In this document: piece after piece, positions 60,127 to 64,000 of the stretch | Layout: the number at the start of each line of letters is the position of its first letter | Numbering within the stretch: the first letter of the stretch is position 1 | Origin: an uncultured Verrucomicrobiae bacterium | Lineage (GTDB): Bacteria; Verrucomicrobiota; Verrucomicrobiia; Chthoniobacterales; JAFAMB01 | DNA: 64,000 nucleotides | NCBI GenBank assembly: GCA_963837955.1 | Contig: CAWIPH010000002.1 | Coordinates: 576,001-640,000 of the forward strand | Direction of reading: 5' to 3' | Translations under genes and position numbers: made by a program | The notes under the pieces: generated by a model | Told to the model about the DNA's origin: nothing | Database searches by the model: none | Seen by the model: the letters and a program-made list of their open reading frames with translations, nothing else

Positions 60127-60371
60127 GGAGATGAGCGATAGCAAACAGCCAATATCAAGTTTTGGCGATCGGCTATCTCATTCTGGCCCAGCGACAAGAG
60201 CTTCGCGAAAAAGTGACACGAACCTGTGTATCATCGAGCAGGGGAGCCCACTGGGCCGCACAAGTGCGGCCCGGCGAACCCAACCATGGGGAAACATGCG
60301 ATCCGCTCGGATGAGACAACAGACCGGTAAGTGTTGATTCCTAATTGGTCGGACCGCGCCTGCACCAGCTC

Positions 60372-61529
60372 TTAGGAGAGCAGTTCAGCCATATAACTGG
60401 CCGGCCGGTAGTTCTCGATCAATACCTCCGTGGCGCCATTTCGATGTATCCGAACTTGCGGTACCTGGACCTCCGGAGTCTTATGCGGTGCAAAAAGAAT
60501 ATCGTCATGAGTAGCGTTCGCGCGATTGGCAAACTTATCCGGAGTCAGATGGCCTCCGAGATGGTCGCTCCGACCTGTCGCGACATGCATTGTTCCCAGG
60601 ATCTTTTCGTCCTGAATATCTCGGCCCGAAACCGGTAGAAGTTGGGTTCCGAATCCCAACTCGCCGATTTCGCCGGTGACCGGGTCAGAGGCGATTTTCA
60701 ATCGGTGCTCCTCGATAGTCTGTTTATTTCCACGAATTAGGTCCGTTGCCACGATCCGTCCATTTCTTACGGTCATCAGACCGATTGTGCCGTCCTCGTA
60801 TTTGAGCGGAAACTTCCCAGAGGCGTCAGTAGGAACGTAATAGATTTCGCCAGCCGGAAGATTGGCGACATCGGGACCGCCGCGGCAGAGGCCATGGCTT
60901 TTCTGGGCCTCTTGTTTTGCCAGATCAAGATGGAGAGTGTGCTTCTCGCCATCGCAAACGAAATCGATTTCAACCCAATCGGCCTTGGTCATGCCGAGCC
61001 GCAATTTTTCCGCATTGCGGCTTACCTCATCGTAGTCAACCGATAGCCCGCTATTCAGGATTATTCGGTTGATCCCGTGTAACGTCGCCCCGCGGAAACC
61101 ATATTGTTTCGCGAAGGCGGTGAGCGGAGCGGTGGCCGAATAAGTCGAGATACAAAGGATGAGTTTGTAGTTCGGATACACATCTTTCTCTAGGCTCACC
61201 TCTTTTCCCTCAGGGGTTACCGCGAGATCGGGCAGGTCGAGGTTGCTGCCGCCGGTGATCTTATAAGCAAAGAAGTCGCCGCCGGTGAGATTCAACTCCT
61301 TGAGAACATCGTTTCTGAGCCCCTGATAGAAAACCTCGTAGGCATGTTTCTGAATAGTGAGATCAGGGTTTTTGAGAAAACTGAAATCCTTTACCTGATG
61401 AGGGTCCTCCAAATCAATGAAGATCGCTACTTTTTCGCCGGCTTTGGGCTGAAAAACCGTGCGAAGGAGGCGCGCTAAACTGAACGGTGGGAAGGATTTC
61501 GGAACGGTAAGGTGTGATACAGTGGACAT
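60372..61529 (-). CDS. Thermophilic metalloprotease (M29)/aminopeptidase-like protein
   Basis: NLPAGE.Y, GELGFG, DEKILGTMH.A.G...H.GG, H.D. Confidence 0.7.
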   Translation of the reverse strand: MSTVSHLTVPKSFPPFSLARLLRTVFQPKAGEKVAIFIDLEDPHQVKDFSFLKNPDLTIQKHAYEVFYQGLRNDVLKELNLTGGDFFAYKITGGSNLDLPDLAVTPEGKEVSLEKDVYPNYKLILCISTYSATAPLTAFAKQYGFRGATLHGINRIILNSGLSVDYDEVSRNAEKLRLGMTKADWVEIDFVCDGEKHTLHLDLAKQEAQKSHGLCRGGPDVANLPAGEIYYVPTDASGKFPLKYEDGTIGLMTVRNGRIVATDLIRGNKQTIEEHRLKIASDPVTGEIGELGFGTQLLPVSGRDIQDEKILGTMHVATGRSDHLGGHLTPDKFANRANATHDDILFAPHKTPEVQVPQVRIHRNGATEVLIENYRPASYMAELLS

Positions 61530-61626
61530 ATTGAAGCGTTTTTCCGCTTTGATTGGTTTTAACAACGATCGCGATAAACGACAAAGCAAGTAGGATACGG
61601 TGGTTTTTGCCCGCTAGATGCGCTGC

Positions 61627-61881
61627 TTAATTGCGTTGATGGTATCGGGAAATCCCGTACGGAGGCAGTTTCGAGGAAGAGAGAGAGACTCGCCGCCCTG
61701 AAATCGGAGAATAGAGACTATCCTCAAGAGGATCAGATGGCTTAACCGAATGTCTTAGCTGGGCGATAGCCTTGCGGATCACCTGCTCTAGCTCAAATTG
61801 TCTCGGATTTGGCTCGATTTCCGATAATTGGCTATCACGTTGGTGATCAAGCATTCGAAGAGATGTGGAAGTTAGGTTCAT
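61627..61881 (-). CDS. Hypothetical protein
   Basis: ATG preceded by AAAGGAG; lies between LysR and the aminopeptidase on the same strand. Confidence 0.4.
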   Translation of the reverse strand: MNLTSTSLRMLDHQRDSQLSEIEPNPRQFELEQVIRKAIAQLRHSVKPSDPLEDSLYSPISGRRVSLSSSKLPPYGISRYHQRN

Positions 61882-62039
61882 GGTAACTCCTTTTTCGTTT
61901 GGCGTTTCACAGCAACCGATGAGACGGCAAAAGGCGCGCCGACCGAGTGCTGCGCGCAAGCTAGCAGGCCCGGTGACAGCCCTATGTCAGTAGAGTTGGT
62001 CTGCATCTCGCGGAAACAATCGACGGGATCGGCCGGTAT

Positions 62040-62918
62040 CTAACCGGATGTCCCCCGTTGTTTGAGTGCTTCCCTCTTAATTTCTTCCATGAAAAGTGCA
62101 GGCACGGGAGGCAAAGGCTCCTGCCAAAAGGCGGCAATCTTGAGCAATGGGAAGTCCTTCAGTGCGATCACCCGAAGATCCGATCCGTATTCGATGCCTG
62201 GAGCGAGAATCGACAAGCCGATGCCGTAGCCAGCAGCTGAGTAGGTCTGCACCATTTCCAACGTGGAAAGCTCGATGCCGATCTCCCAACTCGTTCCTCG
62301 TTTTCGTAGGCCGTCTTGGAAGATCTTTGCGAGCGCAGCGTTGGGCGGCACCGAGACCAGGGGCATAGGGCGTTGGTCCAATATTTCGGACAGCTTCTTG
62401 AACGGACTCGCAGAATGAACCAGCAAAACGAGCGGCAATTCTACCAGAACTTCGGTGCGAATGCCGGCTGGAGGTTTATTATAAAGTTCCGTGATCGCGA
62501 GGTCGACCTCCTGCGCCAAAAGGAACGTTTCCGCCAAAGATTGATCCGCTTCACGAAGCACCAACTTCAGTTCCGGCACTTTTTTCCGCAAGCGTCCGAG
62601 AAGTGTTGGGCCGTATTCTCGGAGCAACGCGGTGGATGCCGCCAAGCGTAGTTTCTTTCCGCCTTGGCCGCGCAGTTCCTCGGAAACCAGCTCTAAATTT
62701 TCAAAAAATGGTTGAATGAACCGAAACAATCGTTCGCCCGCCGGGGTCAGAAGGAAAGGTCTTCGTTGAAACAATTTTTGGCCGAGGAATTCCTCTAATT
62801 GGAGAATTTGGCCACTCACGGCCGGTTGCTGGATGCCGTAGGGGATGTGGCGAACGGCAGCGCTAATTCCTCCATGTTTAGCGACAAAAAAGAAAAGTTC
62901 TAGGTGATGGACGTTCAC
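62040..62918 (-). CDS. LysR family transcriptional regulator
   Basis: 'L..F..VA..G.IS.A......QPAVS.QI..LEE.LG..LF.R....LT.AG'. Confidence 0.92.
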   Translation of the reverse strand: MNVHHLELFFFVAKHGGISAAVRHIPYGIQQPAVSGQILQLEEFLGQKLFQRRPFLLTPAGERLFRFIQPFFENLELVSEELRGQGGKKLRLAASTALLREYGPTLLGRLRKKVPELKLVLREADQSLAETFLLAQEVDLAITELYNKPPAGIRTEVLVELPLVLLVHSASPFKKLSEILDQRPMPLVSVPPNAALAKIFQDGLRKRGTSWEIGIELSTLEMVQTYSAAGYGIGLSILAPGIEYGSDLRVIALKDFPLLKIAAFWQEPLPPVPALFMEEIKREALKQRGTSG

Positions 62919-63079
62919 GACGCTTCAGACTACCAATCGATTCTGGAGCGTTAAAACGAAAAGCGTTAGCGACCGATCTTTGCAAAATTGACCGGCGACC
63001 CCAAAACGCGGTTTATACCAATCGGCTTGCCGCCATCTGGGCCTTGGTCTTATATAACACTTCTTATCCAAGGTTATTA

Positions 63080-64000
63080 ATGGCCTCACAATTTGGCGTT
63101 CTTTTTCGAGTGGCGACCTGGGGTGAATCACACGGTGGGGGGGTCGGGGTGGTGGTTGATGGTTGCCCGCCACAGATCGCGCTCACCGCGGAAGATATCC
63201 AACGGGAATTGGATCGTCGCCGGCCCGGGCAAAGCGAGATCGTCACGCCGCGCGAGGAGAAGGATCGTTGTGAAATTCTTTCCGGGGTGTTTGAAGGTAA
63301 GACCCTGGGGACCCCCGTGTCTGTTTTCGTCAAGAACGAGGACGCCCGGCCCGAGGCGTACCGTGAGATGGCATCTGCCTATCGACCTTCCCATGCGGAT
63401 TTCACGTACCAAGCAAAGTATGGTATTCGCAATTGGCAAGGCGGAGGTCGTGCCTCAGCGCGTGAGACCATCGGTCGTGTCGCAGCCGGGGCCATTGCTA
63501 AGAAAGTATTAACGGAAGCTTTCCCCGCACTGGAGGTCATTGCCTACGTGAAAAGCGTTCATCATCTGGAAGCCGCCACTAATCCGGAAACCGTTGAGGC
63601 CCAACTTGTTGAGCAATCGATCGTGCGTTGCCCTGACCCCAAGGCATCGGAAGCAATGATCGAGTTGATAAAGAGGATGCGGAAAGAAGGTAATTCGGTC
63701 GGAGGAATTATTGAATGCGTGGTGCGTCACCCCCCGGTTGGGTTAGGCGAACCCGTTTTCGATAAACTGGAGGCAGACCTTGCCAAAGCGATGCTCAGCC
63801 TTCCCGCGACCAAAGGCTTCGAGATCGGTTCCGGATTTGACGGGAGCCGGATGACCGGAAGCGAACACAATGACCTCTTTGAAATGCGGGAAGGTAGAGT
63901 GACCACTAAAACGAATTATTCCGGCGGGGTCCAAGGTGGGATAACCAATGGCGAATCAATATTCTTTCGGGTGGCTTTTAAACCAACTGCGACAATTTTG
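63080..64000 (+). CDS. aroC: Chorismate synthase (runs off the window; absent from the ORF track)
   Basis: Manual translation from ATG 63080: [50 protein letters not shown]. Confidence 0.96.
   Translation, partial: MASQFGVLFRVATWGESHGGGVGVVVDGCPPQIALTAEDIQRELDRRRPGQSEIVTPREEKDRCEILSGVFEGKTLGTPVSVFVKNEDARPEAYREMASAYRPSHADFTYQAKYGIRNWQGGGRASARETIGRVAAGAIAKKVLTEAFPALEVIAYVKSVHHLEAATNPETVEAQLVEQSIVRCPDPKASEAMIELIKRMRKEGNSVGGIIECVVRHPPVGLGEPVFDKLEADLAKAMLSLPATKGFEIGSGFDGSRMTGSEHNDLFEMREGRVTTKTNYSGGVQGGITNGESIFFRVAFKPTATIL

Noticed and set aside
63131..63150. Suspected frameshift in the aroC G-run, since aroC is missing from the ORF track
   Set aside because: Manual translation stays in frame (HGGGVGVV); the gene is omitted only because its stop lies beyond the window.

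Overview
Bacterial chromosomal window with about 62 CDS and no rRNA, tRNA, CRISPR array or integrase/transposase that I could recognise. Gene content suggests Verrucomicrobia (inference only). 1-6.9 kb: the 3' part of a divergent Trb/VirB-type type IV secretion operon (TrbJ-L-F-G-I order plus a lipoprotein). It ends in a single-domain ClpB-D2-like AAA+ ATPase that lacks the GYVG pore loop. 9.1-12.5 kb: a four-gene module encoding a DUF4388-TM-FGE-fold membrane protein, an orphan MglA GTPase, a type IV pilin and a divergent PilT-like ATPase. These two loci are the best candidates for an undescribed system. The rest is mostly core genome: MoxR/Bat operon, icd, MarR-TolC, rpmE-prfA-prmC-murA, Ser/Thr kinase, KirBac channel, fabF, guaB-like, ExbBD/TonB-like, a second MglA with a large roadblock-like partner, rpoN with an NtrC-family regulator, CbiX/DR2241 cluster, peptidases, LysR and aroC. 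Non-coding highlights: a REP/REPIN-like palindrome family, with a second repeat family inserted precisely into its hairpin loops; heptamer repeat arrays; a reverse-oriented sigma-54 site in front of rpoN; and a candidate structured RNA. Three genes carry +1 frameshifts, most likely assembly errors. All family assignments come from motif recognition by eye; no database search was run.
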